Source of the DNA: a virus
Taxonomy: Duplodnaviria; Caudoviricetes
Length of the DNA stretch: 64,000 nucleotides
Reading direction: 5' to 3' (one strand)
IMG/VR virus record: IMGVR_UViG_3300010965_000005
Span: 26,583-90,582 of that record
Shown: positions 32,801-40,298 of the stretch, in pieces
How positions within the stretch are numbered: the first letter of the stretch is position 1
How the letters are laid out: every line of letters begins with the position of its first letter
The notes under the pieces: model-generated
The model's database searches: none
Told to the model about the DNA's origin: nothing
Seen by the model: the letters and a program-made list of their open reading frames with translations, nothing else
Translations under genes and position numbers: made by a program

Positions 32801-32925
32801 GGAGCGCCATGACGATCCCAGGGTATGCCACGGGCGGATCGGTCAGCAAAGCCCTCGCCCTCACGCGCGGATTTACGAAAGATGGGAAGTCTGCTATAGG
32901 TTCCCTCAAGCCCAAGGGGAAATGA
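29806..32925 (+). CDS. Polyvalent protein: ParB-like domain, three ART-PolyVal-like ADP-ribosyltransferase domains, M15 (D-Ala-D-Ala carboxypeptidase-like) peptidase
   Basis: LRDGNHRAAAA (ParB/Srx). Three segments starting AYHAS / LYHGT / AYHGS with GxxF/Y and ending YIVTDP / VVAFDP / YVVYDD. SGYRT...SSHNYGLAAD...EDWH (M15). Confidence 0.75.
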   Translation: MDRDKAIRAAKLTLGGMLEKNRHTTAVSRADGQIAPSKYLPNVPRAVHGDGGKVEDAINALPHVGQNRNGVPPEEAVASPLPRMEYPYMSMTPAKSVYADPLRVAINKAHAGAKVEDVPMDKIVTDVGAIGKSKIRNPAEGVPFVERINGIHHLRDGNHRAAAAFLRGDKSIKALLADMDEAIKANGRSATERADGGEVDGITAYHASPENIVGQFRPSARDVGIHFAANPALAHNAAVKSLMGRPDMAERVSPKAFKINARPEQIVDIPAASNRFDFYEILEHLHGAGKIDSDTFNKTYDGLQDIEDRISHPDETMKAQNVLFSNALSKSNIKALRYMNKFDAGPTWKDMEEGRMTSSVTPDHSYIVTDPSAIQQQAITKADGGAANAPMFQGVHESLQNESGAPLDLYHGTTQSKEFEAFDNAKLGARDAGFYGRGHYLTPLRGNAEGYADPDEMGRGAVIGPLHAALKNPYVWDVSSETKSHSTLRDLQSMGIMREKNELNPWDNLQSHHIQPFMAEMQRRGHDGVVVKTDHGHLPNGISEVVAFDPKTIKHTEAEAFDPTDPRIRREDGGEVDEDGITAYHGSPHSFDKFDMSKVGTGVGAPSAFSEGLYFSENEKNAEHFKALGASPIIGGKKGRSAGLSDDAYESVWKFAHDQGKSGTLADVASDAESDLLARSKELPFSARRDYQNVIDELRSRGSEDVKLGANMYKVKINAHPSTFADWDTPISQQSEIVKNAFLDFPQHNTFRELYDSGKIREKDLLNRGVSGARFKANDGTNNYVVYDDKLVSILNKYEYGGTVTRATGGPVMGYVPAAPIQIRQLAVAPIVPRQQQRPAGGFSQSLGSLMDTVNELKNKPEEPTPSASSEGHTPSGMIPLPEQGYQPSGMYAPFQSAIDRMIAEAPGKISVASGYRTPERQQELWEAAAAKYPDPEVRDNWVARPGTSSHNYGLAADLSYADDEALKWAQENAARYGLNFRMDNEDWHIEPANVFDIRSAMTIPGYATGGSVSKALALTRGFTKDGKSAIGSLKPKGK

Positions 32926-32926
32926 C

Positions 32927-34204
32927 ATGGATGACATCGTAAACAAGGCTTTGAGCCTGACATCACCAATGCCGAAAGCGCCTACGCCGCGTTTCAGTAT
33001 TTCCCCACAAGGAACTCAAGCGCCGACAAAGGGAAAGGTTGGTGTTTTTCAAACGCACGATCAGACACCCACGATGAGAAGCTTAAAAGACGCTTTTGAT
33101 TCGGCAATTGCAAACCATGTTTCTCTAAATCGAGAAGAGCGCATTCAGAATGCAATGGCCGCAGACCGCAGGCTTGCGCAGCACGTCCCAAGCAGTTCTG
33201 GAAAAGGCGCTGCGCCAATGTTTACGAAGAACGCCAAGCTTATGAAGTCCGAAACAGGATATGGCGACGAGGAACCAGTAAAGCTGCCAGACGGTCGTGG
33301 CGTTGAGACAACTGGATTGGCGCTCGCTCCAGCATATCAGGAAGGAAAATTCTCAACCTGCCCCAACAGCGCGTCATGCAAGGACGAGTGCCTTGGAAAG
33401 ACCAGCGGCAATTATTTCAAAGTTGGCGGCGGTCGAGATTTGACGGCATTCAAAGGGCCTCGCCTGAACAGCCTAAAGAAAACAAACGCAATGATGCGTG
33501 AACCAGAAGCTTTTGCTGTTCGATTGTATGACGAGATTGACCGAGCAAAGGAAGAAGCAGCGCGCAATGGAAACCACCTTGGGGTACGCCTTAACACCCT
33601 TTCTGACATCAACCCATTGGTCCACAAGTCTTTGATAGAAGCGCATCCTGATGTCAGTTTTTACGATTACACAAAGAACAACTCAAACCCTGTTGCTGCA
33701 AACCATCACTACACATATTCCTCAACTGGTGTTTCCGATCCAGAAATTGCCGTGTCCAATGAACACACGAACTGGAAGCAGATGCGCCGTCGCCTTGATG
33801 GCGGCGACAACGTGGCAATGGCATTCTCCCACAAAGAACATTTGCCAGAGGTTGTCGTTGATGAAGAGACTGGAAAGAAATACAAGGTTGTCAACGGCGA
33901 CAAGCACGATTTCCGACCCCTCGATATTCAGCCCGAAGGCACCGACGGCGTCATCGTTGGTTTGAAAAACAAGAAGGCAACTGGAACGGTTGAAGGAGCC
34001 ACCAAAGAAAGCAAAGGCTTCTTTGTTCGCTACAATCCAAAAGCCTTGAAGAACCCAGATGGTACATATCAAAGAGGCCCAAGCCAAGGACTGGACAAGA
34101 ATGGTAATCCTTTGAAAGGCCCAACAATTCCAACCAACTTTGAAGTTCGGATTGCACCGCAGGGAAAGCAGCTTTCCTTAAAAGACAATGAAGGGAAATC
34201 GTAA
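32927..34204 (+). CDS. GP88-family-like protein with N-terminal extension
   Basis: TCPNSASCKDECL (Cx5Cx3C), VRLNTLSDI, FYDYTK, GDKHDFRPLD. Confidence 0.65.
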   Translation: MDDIVNKALSLTSPMPKAPTPRFSISPQGTQAPTKGKVGVFQTHDQTPTMRSLKDAFDSAIANHVSLNREERIQNAMAADRRLAQHVPSSSGKGAAPMFTKNAKLMKSETGYGDEEPVKLPDGRGVETTGLALAPAYQEGKFSTCPNSASCKDECLGKTSGNYFKVGGGRDLTAFKGPRLNSLKKTNAMMREPEAFAVRLYDEIDRAKEEAARNGNHLGVRLNTLSDINPLVHKSLIEAHPDVSFYDYTKNNSNPVAANHHYTYSSTGVSDPEIAVSNEHTNWKQMRRRLDGGDNVAMAFSHKEHLPEVVVDEETGKKYKVVNGDKHDFRPLDIQPEGTDGVIVGLKNKKATGTVEGATKESKGFFVRYNPKALKNPDGTYQRGPSQGLDKNGNPLKGPTIPTNFEVRIAPQGKQLSLKDNEGKS

Positions 34205-34478
34205 TGGACAAAAAACTTGATGTGGATTCGTTCTACGCGCAGTTTCACAATCACGAAAAGCACCTGACAGATCAGGAACATGACTATGTCCCTTCAGATG
34301 TTGCTTACCAGACTAAGACCCCGTCTCGCCATCCACATCCTGATTACAGGAGCAAGAAAAAACATAAGCACCATGCTGTTGACAAGGCTCTACGGCTGAC
34401 GGTGGGGATGTGAACATTGATCGTGCATTGTCCCTGACTTCGGTATACAATGCAAAGCACAAACGGGACGCCGTGTAA
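34204..34478 (+). pseudogene. About 91-aa protein interrupted by a 1-nt lesion near 34393-34395 (track shows only 34204..34413)
   Basis: One extra G in CTACGGCTGAC restores ...AVDKAL-RADGG-DVNIDRALSLTSVYNAKHKRDAV*, ending at TAA 34476-78, just before the SD of the next gene. Confidence 0.6.
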
Positions 34479-34496
34479 CCTCAGAGGATTGTAAAA

Positions 34497-35867
34497 ATGG
34501 ACGCCAAAAGCCTACGCGAGGCGATGAAGGAGAAGGCCAAGCGCCTCTCTGGAGCCACTTCCGAAAAAGTTGATGCTTCGACTTGGACCCCATCCGAGCC
34601 ATTGAACGCAGACGTAAAGACGGGCGCTCGCCCAGTCTCCCGCCGCGCATTCAAAGTCGGCGGCAAGGTCGATGGCGCTGAATCCATGAGCCACGCAGGC
34701 CGCAAGCCCCGCCAGTCGGGTGGCAAGGCCTACGCTGATGCTCTGGTCAACCGCAACGTCAAGGACGCCAACGAGGAACGCGAAGGCATCAAGCACGTCG
34801 GCGGGTTCGCCAAGGGCGGTCGCCTGAAGCGCGCAAATGGTGGCACCGACGAGGAAGTTGTATTGAATCAATACGGCCAGCCGATCACAGCCGAAATGAT
34901 GAAGGGCTTTGCTGATCTCACCGAGCAGCCAGATAATTACCGCTCGCAAATGGCCCCACGGACCTCCCCACGGCCCAAGACTCGCCCGGACATGGAAGAC
35001 AAGACGATGTCTGGCGTATACAAGCGCGGCGGCAAGGCTGAAAAGTTTGAAGGTTCGGCCAAGGACCAGATGCAGGACAAGAAGCTGGCTGCCAAGCGCA
35101 AGATGACGATGGCCGAGTGGGAAGCATCCGAGGCTGACGACAAGCACGACAAGCAGGAATCCATGAAGGGCCTGAAAGACGGGGGTCGCACCGCAAAGAT
35201 GGGCGGCGGCGGCATGGGTATGCAAGCCCCAATGATGCAAATGGCACCAATGGCGCGTGGTTACAAAAAAGGCGGCAAGGCCGAGGAAGCCCACGAAGAA
35301 GGCTGTGACTGCAAAGCTTGCGGCGGCTCGGCCATGAAGCGTGGCGGCGGTCTGTATGCCAACATCAACGCCAAGCGCAAGCGCGGTGAAAAAATGCGTG
35401 AGGCTGGCGAGAAGGGTGCGCCAACCGCCAAGGCATTTGAGGACGCGGCCCGCACGTCACGCGCCACGGGTGGCAAGGTCGGCAAAAGCAACATCAGCAT
35501 CAACATCTTCCCGCACAACGCCGAGAAGCCTGGCGCTATGCCCCCAGCGGGCGGTATGCCACCCATGCCCCCGATGGGCGGCGGCGCTATGCCACCCCCA
35601 ATGATGCGCCCACCGATGCCTGCACCATCTCCCATGCCCTCTGCGCCTCCACCCGCTCACATGTCCCTTCCCCCAGGCTTGCAGCAGGCTCTGGCTGGCG
35701 CTGCTGGCGCTGGACCCATGCCACCCGCAGGTGGCCCGCCCATGATGGGCCGCAAGGCTGGTGGCCGCGTGGCATACCCAATCACTGGCGGCGCTGGCGG
35801 TGGCAAGGCTCGCCTCGAAAAGGTTGATGCCTACGGTGAGACGATGAACAAAGACCTCAAGAAATAA
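34497..35867 (+). CDS. 456-aa Lys/Gly/Met/Pro-rich head-region protein with about 11 x-x-x-GG motifs
   Basis: SD GAGG; repeated FKVGG, RQSGG, FAKGG, RANGG, YKRGG, LKDGG, YKKGG, MKRGG, RATGG, RKAGG; Pro/Met-rich tail. Confidence 0.75.
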   Translation: MDAKSLREAMKEKAKRLSGATSEKVDASTWTPSEPLNADVKTGARPVSRRAFKVGGKVDGAESMSHAGRKPRQSGGKAYADALVNRNVKDANEEREGIKHVGGFAKGGRLKRANGGTDEEVVLNQYGQPITAEMMKGFADLTEQPDNYRSQMAPRTSPRPKTRPDMEDKTMSGVYKRGGKAEKFEGSAKDQMQDKKLAAKRKMTMAEWEASEADDKHDKQESMKGLKDGGRTAKMGGGGMGMQAPMMQMAPMARGYKKGGKAEEAHEEGCDCKACGGSAMKRGGGLYANINAKRKRGEKMREAGEKGAPTAKAFEDAARTSRATGGKVGKSNISINIFPHNAEKPGAMPPAGGMPPMPPMGGGAMPPPMMRPPMPAPSPMPSAPPPAHMSLPPGLQQALAGAAGAGPMPPAGGPPMMGRKAGGRVAYPITGGAGGGKARLEKVDAYGETMNKDLKK

Positions 35868-35939
35868 GCCGACCCCTCCCTTCGGCTTACGGGGGCCAGA
35901 CAAAAACTGGCCCCCACCCCATGAAAATTAGGATTATCC

Positions 35940-36146
35940 ATGATCACGACCGTCAGCACCGCCTTTGAGCGGGAACTCCTCAAACTTATCATCGAGCGCT
36001 GCGCCGAGATCATCGGCAACATGGCTGGCGGACTTGCCATAAAGACCATTGAAGAATATCGTGAATCCGTCGGAAAAATTTCCGCGTTCAATGAGGTGAT
36101 CTCGCTTTGCGACGAGGTTTCCACAAACATTAACAAGACCATGTAA
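35940..36146 (+). CDS. Hypothetical protein (68 aa)
   Basis: SD AGGA; operon position. Confidence 0.6.
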   Translation: MITTVSTAFERELLKLIIERCAEIIGNMAGGLAIKTIEEYRESVGKISAFNEVISLCDEVSTNINKTM

Positions 36147-36155
36147 GGATTACCA

Positions 36156-36545
36156 ATGCCCCATATGCCCATGAGCCACGAAAAAGACCCCAAGGAAGCC
36201 CTGCTTGAACAAATTGGGGACATTTCGGAAATCGAATTGTTCCACAATCAAGTCCTTCTTGCTGTCTATTTACGGCCAGAAAAGACCAAATCTGGCTTAA
36301 TCCTGACCGCTGACCACCTTGATGAAGACCGCTACCAGTCCAAAGTCGGGCTTCTGATCAAGCGTGGCCCGCTGGCCTTTGAGCAGGACGGCAACTGGTT
36401 CACGGGGATGACGTTCCAAGACCACGAATGGCTGATCTTCCGCCCGTCTGACGGCTGGTCAATTACCGTAAATGGCGTCTTGTGCCGAATCTTTGACGAC
36501 ATCAGCATCAAAGGCCGCGCCCCACACCCTGATTCCGTTTATTGA
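36156..36545 (+). CDS. groES: GroES-like co-chaperonin
   Basis: NQVLLAVYLRPEKTKSGLILT mobile-loop pattern, then KVGLLIKRGPLAF and WLIFRPSDG. Confidence 0.72.
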   Translation: MPHMPMSHEKDPKEALLEQIGDISEIELFHNQVLLAVYLRPEKTKSGLILTADHLDEDRYQSKVGLLIKRGPLAFEQDGNWFTGMTFQDHEWLIFRPSDGWSITVNGVLCRIFDDISIKGRAPHPDSVY

Positions 36546-37372
36546 AGGTGAACGACATGGATGAAGAAATCGAAATTATCGTTGATGATGAAATTGCCGA
36601 GGCCGAGGAAATCCAAGTCCCCGACATTCAAGAGTCAATCTCTGAACTGAAGCGCCAGATTGACGTTGAGCGTCAGGCTCGCATTGCCGCCGAAAAGCGG
36701 GCGCACCACGCCAGCAGCGAAAAGGACGACACCGAAATCCAGTTGGTGTCCAGCGCCATTGACAGTGTCACGCGGGACGCCGAGATTCTAAAGAGCAATT
36801 ACCAGATTGCCATGCAGAATCAGGACTTCGCTGGCGCGGCTGAAATTCAGCAGTTGATGGGCGAGAAGTCGGCGCAATTGCTCCAGCTTCGCAACGGCCT
36901 TGAGGCGATGAACTCCAAGCCGAAGACTCCCGAACCGCAGTATACGCCCGCCGACCCCGTGGAGGCCTTCGCGGCGCGGCTGACGCCGATCTCGGCCAAT
37001 TGGGTCCGCAATAACCCCCAGTTCGTCACCGACCCCCGCCTGAACCGCAAGATGATCAGAGCGCACGAAGACGCGGTTGATGATGGTATCGCCCCAGACA
37101 CGCCCGCATACTTCGCGGCTATTGAGAGCAAGCTGGGAGTGTCTAAGGCCGCCCCCAGCAATGACACTGGCGATCAGTTCGCATCCAAGGTCACCCAGCG
37201 CCGTGACGCCGCCCCAGCGGCTGCCCCAGTGAGTCGTGGCACGGGTTCCAACAGCAAGAACACGGTCAGGCTGACGGCGGCAGAGCGCGAGGCGGCAGCC
37301 GACATGGGGATGACCCCAGAGGCTTACGCCAAAAACAAAATTGACTTGATCAAGGAAGGTAAAATGAAATGA
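36542..37372 (+). CDS. Putative capsid scaffolding protein
   Basis: Acidic coiled-coil N-half; C-terminal VRLTAAEREAAADMGMTPEAYAKNK; between portal and MCP. Confidence 0.62.
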   Translation: MKVNDMDEEIEIIVDDEIAEAEEIQVPDIQESISELKRQIDVERQARIAAEKRAHHASSEKDDTEIQLVSSAIDSVTRDAEILKSNYQIAMQNQDFAGAAEIQQLMGEKSAQLLQLRNGLEAMNSKPKTPEPQYTPADPVEAFAARLTPISANWVRNNPQFVTDPRLNRKMIRAHEDAVDDGIAPDTPAYFAAIESKLGVSKAAPSNDTGDQFASKVTQRRDAAPAAAPVSRGTGSNSKNTVRLTAAEREAAADMGMTPEAYAKNKIDLIKEGKMK

Positions 37373-37905
37373 TGGAAAATGATGACTTTAAGCCAATTGA
37401 GAAGAAGCTTCGCCCAAGTGTCAGGGCTGCTATGACCACCGAGGAAACCCCACGGGAGCGCGCCGAGCGGCGGGCCGCAGAACTTCGCGGCCACTCGGAC
37501 ACAGACGACGGTCTGGATGAATTCTTTGTGGAGCCGGGTATCATCCCCGACGGCTGGTCCTACGAGTGGAAGACCCGACTCGTCCTCGGTGCGGAAGACC
37601 CCGCACACCAAGTGGCGTTGCAGCGCAAGGGTTGGGAAATGGTCCCCGCGTCCCGCCACCCCGAAATGATGCCGCTGGGCTACAAGGATGCCATGATCAC
37701 CCGCAAGGGCATGGTTTTGATGGAACGCCCGCTGACCATCACTGAGGAGGCCCGCAACGCCGAAAAGCGCCGCGCCCGCCTTCAGGTCCGCGCCAAGGAA
37801 GAGCAGCTTTCCGCGTCGAAGCCGGGCGAGTTTGGCCGCGACAACAACGGCAATGATCTGACGAAGATCAAGAAGGGGTATGAAGCCATGCCTATCCCTG
37901 AGTGA
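37369..37905 (+). CDS. Conserved head-module protein
   Basis: ATGA overlap; WSYEW...KGWEMVP...GMVLMERP. Confidence 0.7.
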   Translation: MMENDDFKPIEKKLRPSVRAAMTTEETPRERAERRAAELRGHSDTDDGLDEFFVEPGIIPDGWSYEWKTRLVLGAEDPAHQVALQRKGWEMVPASRHPEMMPLGYKDAMITRKGMVLMERPLTITEEARNAEKRRARLQVRAKEEQLSASKPGEFGRDNNGNDLTKIKKGYEAMPIPE

Positions 37906-38037
37906 TCAAGGCAATCACTATTTACAACTACATCGGGCGTCTCCGCAAAGCCATCAGGGCCGAGGGGACGCCCGCCATCCAAGAGGCGTGGGAAAAGTTG
38001 GAGCCGCACGTTTCGGTGTTTTTCAGCGGTGATGATG

Positions 38038-38066
38038 TTGACAGGGCCACAAAATGATCGTATGTG
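38038..38066 (+). promoter_or_regulatory. Possible sigma70-like promoter
   Basis: TTGACA-N17-TATGTG (weak -10). Confidence 0.35.
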
Positions 38067-38118
38067 GATTACGTTGAAGAAAGCGTAGTGGCCTCCTTCA
38101 TCAGGTGATTAAAAGCGT

Positions 38119-38144
38119 AATGGGGGGCTTCGGTCCCCCATTTT
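38119..38144 (+). terminator. UUCG hairpin, intrinsic terminator-like
   Basis: AATGGGGGGC-TTCG-GTCCCCCATTTT. Confidence 0.65.
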
Positions 38145-38160
38145 CACATCAGGGGGCCGG

Positions 38161-38377
38161 ATGGAACTTCAAGAACGGATTAACATGACGGTTCAGGGGC
38201 AGCTAACGTGGGCAAGCCCCGACCTTGGCAAGAAGTGCGTTGACTGCGCGCACTTCAAAAAAAGACCCCGCCAAGCCGCTCCTTGGGAAATGCGCCCTCG
38301 TGAAGGCCCACACTCGAAAAGTCGGAAAGTCTTTCGATGGCAAGTTTGCCATTGCCTGTTCAAAATTTGAAATGTAA
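38161..38377 (+). pseudogene. About 71-aa four-Cys protein with one extra A in an A7 run (38257-38263)
   Basis: With A6 it reads MELQERINMTVQGQLTWASPDLGKKCVDCAHFKKDPAKPLLGKCALVKAHTRKVGKSFDGKFAIACSKFEM*. Confidence 0.55.
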
Positions 38378-38543
38378 TACACGTCCTGCGTGGCGAAGGG
38401 TAAAGACCGCAAGACCCCACCTGACGGGGGACAGGAACGCCAAAAATGGTTCCGCCCAGTAATGGGGATGGTGCGGCGCAACCGCTGAAAGGACAGTTTT
38501 TGGTGGGGGGTTGCCCCCTTAAAATCACGTCAGGGCCACGCTC

Positions 38544-38572
38544 TTTACTTTGTATAAAAATACCCGTATTGT
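38544..38572 (+). promoter_or_regulatory. Sigma70-like promoter for the capsid operon
   Basis: TTTACT-N17-TATTGT, about 95 nt upstream of ATG 38668. Confidence 0.55.
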
Positions 38573-38667
38573 ATCCGCATCCATCCCCCCGGCGGGGAGG
38601 CCCATCATCCCTTGGTCCTAAATCGCCTCGGTGCGCGAAATAGACCTCCTGTAAAGGAGATTTCCGC

Positions 38668-39258
38668 ATGGCGAATTCAAATACGCCCTTCGGCTTTCGG
38701 CAATACAGCGGCACGGGTTCCGCCCCGACCTATGAGCAGGTCGCGGTTGACATCGTGTATAACGCTTCCGCAATCTATTACGGCGACCCCGTAATCAACG
38801 ACGCAAACGGCTATGTGACTGTGGGTGCAGCCGCATCGACCGAAGTCACCGCCACAATCGCTGGCATCTTCCAAGGCTGTAAATACCTGTCGGTGTCGCA
38901 GAAGCGCACCGTGTGGTCGAACTACTGGCCTGGCTCTGATGTTGCATCGGGTAACACCGTCACGGGTTACATCGTCAATGATCCAAACGCCAAGTGGGTT
39001 GTGCAGTCGGATTCGACTGGCCTGACGCAGGCTGCGATCAACGCAAACATCAGCTACAACACTGGCACGGGCAATGCCTCGACTGGTATCTCTGGCGCAT
39101 TCTTGGGTGCGACCATTGCGACCACCTCGACGCTGCCATTCCGCGTCATTTCGCTGCTCACCACTCCCCCTGGCTCGCCAGGCACTGAGGCTGGTGCGTA
39201 CAATCGGGCAATCGTTGCCTTCAACTCGGTTGCTACCAAGCAATTGACTGGCGTGTAA
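38668..39258 (+). CDS. Putative capsid decoration / minor head protein
   Basis: MANSNTPFGFR...IYYGDPV...GIFQGC...VNDPN; immediately upstream of MCP; SD AGGAG. Confidence 0.65.
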   Translation: MANSNTPFGFRQYSGTGSAPTYEQVAVDIVYNASAIYYGDPVINDANGYVTVGAAASTEVTATIAGIFQGCKYLSVSQKRTVWSNYWPGSDVASGNTVTGYIVNDPNAKWVVQSDSTGLTQAAINANISYNTGTGNASTGISGAFLGATIATTSTLPFRVISLLTTPPGSPGTEAGAYNRAIVAFNSVATKQLTGV

Positions 39259-39269
39259 GGGGATAAGAA

Positions 39270-40181
39270 ATGGCTGTTAATCTATCAGCAATCAAAGACC
39301 TTCTGTTGCCGGGCTTGCGTGGTATCGAAGGCAAATACGAGCAGATTCCGTCGCAGTACGACAAAATCTTCACGAAGCACAACTCCAAGATGGCGCTTGA
39401 GCGCACCGCAGAAATGCGCTTCTTGGGCTACGCGCAACTGAAGACCGAGGGTGGCCAGACCTCCTTTGACAACGCGGCTGGCGAGCGGTTCATCTACAAC
39501 CAAGAGCATACGGAAATCGGCTTGGGCTATGCGATCACCCGCAAAGCCATTGACGACAACCTGTACAAAACGCAGTTTGCTCCCTCAAACTTGGGCTTGG
39601 TGGAATCGTTCCAGCAGACCAAGGAAATCTACGGCGCAAACGTCCTGAACACCGCGACCACCTACAACGGTGCCATCGGCGGTGACGGCGTTGCGCTGAT
39701 TGCCACCAACCACCCAATTGACGGTGGAACGGTTGCGAACCGTCCGACGACCGATGTCGAACTGAACGAGGCCACCCTGCTGAACGGCATGATCTCGATT
39801 CGTACCAACTTCCGCGATCAGGCTGGCCTGAAGGTCTTCGCCCGTGGCCGCAAGCTGGTTGTTCCCCCACAGTTGGAGCCAATCGCCATTCGTCTGACGA
39901 AGACCGAATTGCGCCCAGGCACCGCAGACAATGACGTCAATGCGATCATGTCCACCGCTGGCGGCTTGCCAGAGGGCTACATGGTCAATGACTATCTGAC
40001 CTCGACTGGTGCATGGTTCTTGCTGACCAACATCGACGGCCTGTCCTACATGGAGCGGGTGAAGTTCGAAACGGATATGCAAGTTGACTTTGTTACGGAC
40101 AACTTGCTGGTGAAAGGCTATGAGCGGTATTCTTTCGGATACTACAACTGGCGCTCGATCTACGGCTCGTTCCCAACCTAA
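39270..40181 (+). CDS. Major capsid protein
   Basis: 303 aa; LLLPGL, EGG...YNQEHTEIGLGYAITRKAIDDNLY, KLVVPPQLE, WFLLTN, YERYSFG; followed by a strong terminator. Confidence 0.85.
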   Translation: MAVNLSAIKDLLLPGLRGIEGKYEQIPSQYDKIFTKHNSKMALERTAEMRFLGYAQLKTEGGQTSFDNAAGERFIYNQEHTEIGLGYAITRKAIDDNLYKTQFAPSNLGLVESFQQTKEIYGANVLNTATTYNGAIGGDGVALIATNHPIDGGTVANRPTTDVELNEATLLNGMISIRTNFRDQAGLKVFARGRKLVVPPQLEPIAIRLTKTELRPGTADNDVNAIMSTAGGLPEGYMVNDYLTSTGAWFLLTNIDGLSYMERVKFETDMQVDFVTDNLLVKGYERYSFGYYNWRSIYGSFPT

Positions 40182-40191
40182 GCCACGTCAA

Positions 40192-40220
40192 AAGGGGGCT
40201 TCGGCCCCCTTCTTCTCTTC
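40192..40220 (+). terminator. Intrinsic terminator after MCP
   Basis: AAGGGGGC-TTCG-GCCCCCTT followed by a pyrimidine tract. Confidence 0.75.
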
Positions 40221-40298
40221 TGGGTCTTATTGCCGCCCTGACCGCGCCCAGCGGACCTTGCACAGACAGCGCGGCGCATTGTGCAAAAGGAGCCTGAT

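Noticed and set aside
34423-34451. Promoter upstream of the 456-aa gene (TACAAT -10)
   Set aside because: No good -35 at 17-bp spacing, and the region is better explained as the coding tail of the frameshifted 34204 gene.
37905-38668. tRNA genes in the long intergenic region
   Set aside because: No cloverleaf with a T-loop GTTCRA and matching acceptor stem was found by eye.
40231-40298. SAM-II riboswitch or HDV-like ribozyme
   Set aside because: The position and pseudoknot are similar, but the conserved SAM-II loop and 3' sequences and the HDV nested double-pseudoknot elements are not recognisable.
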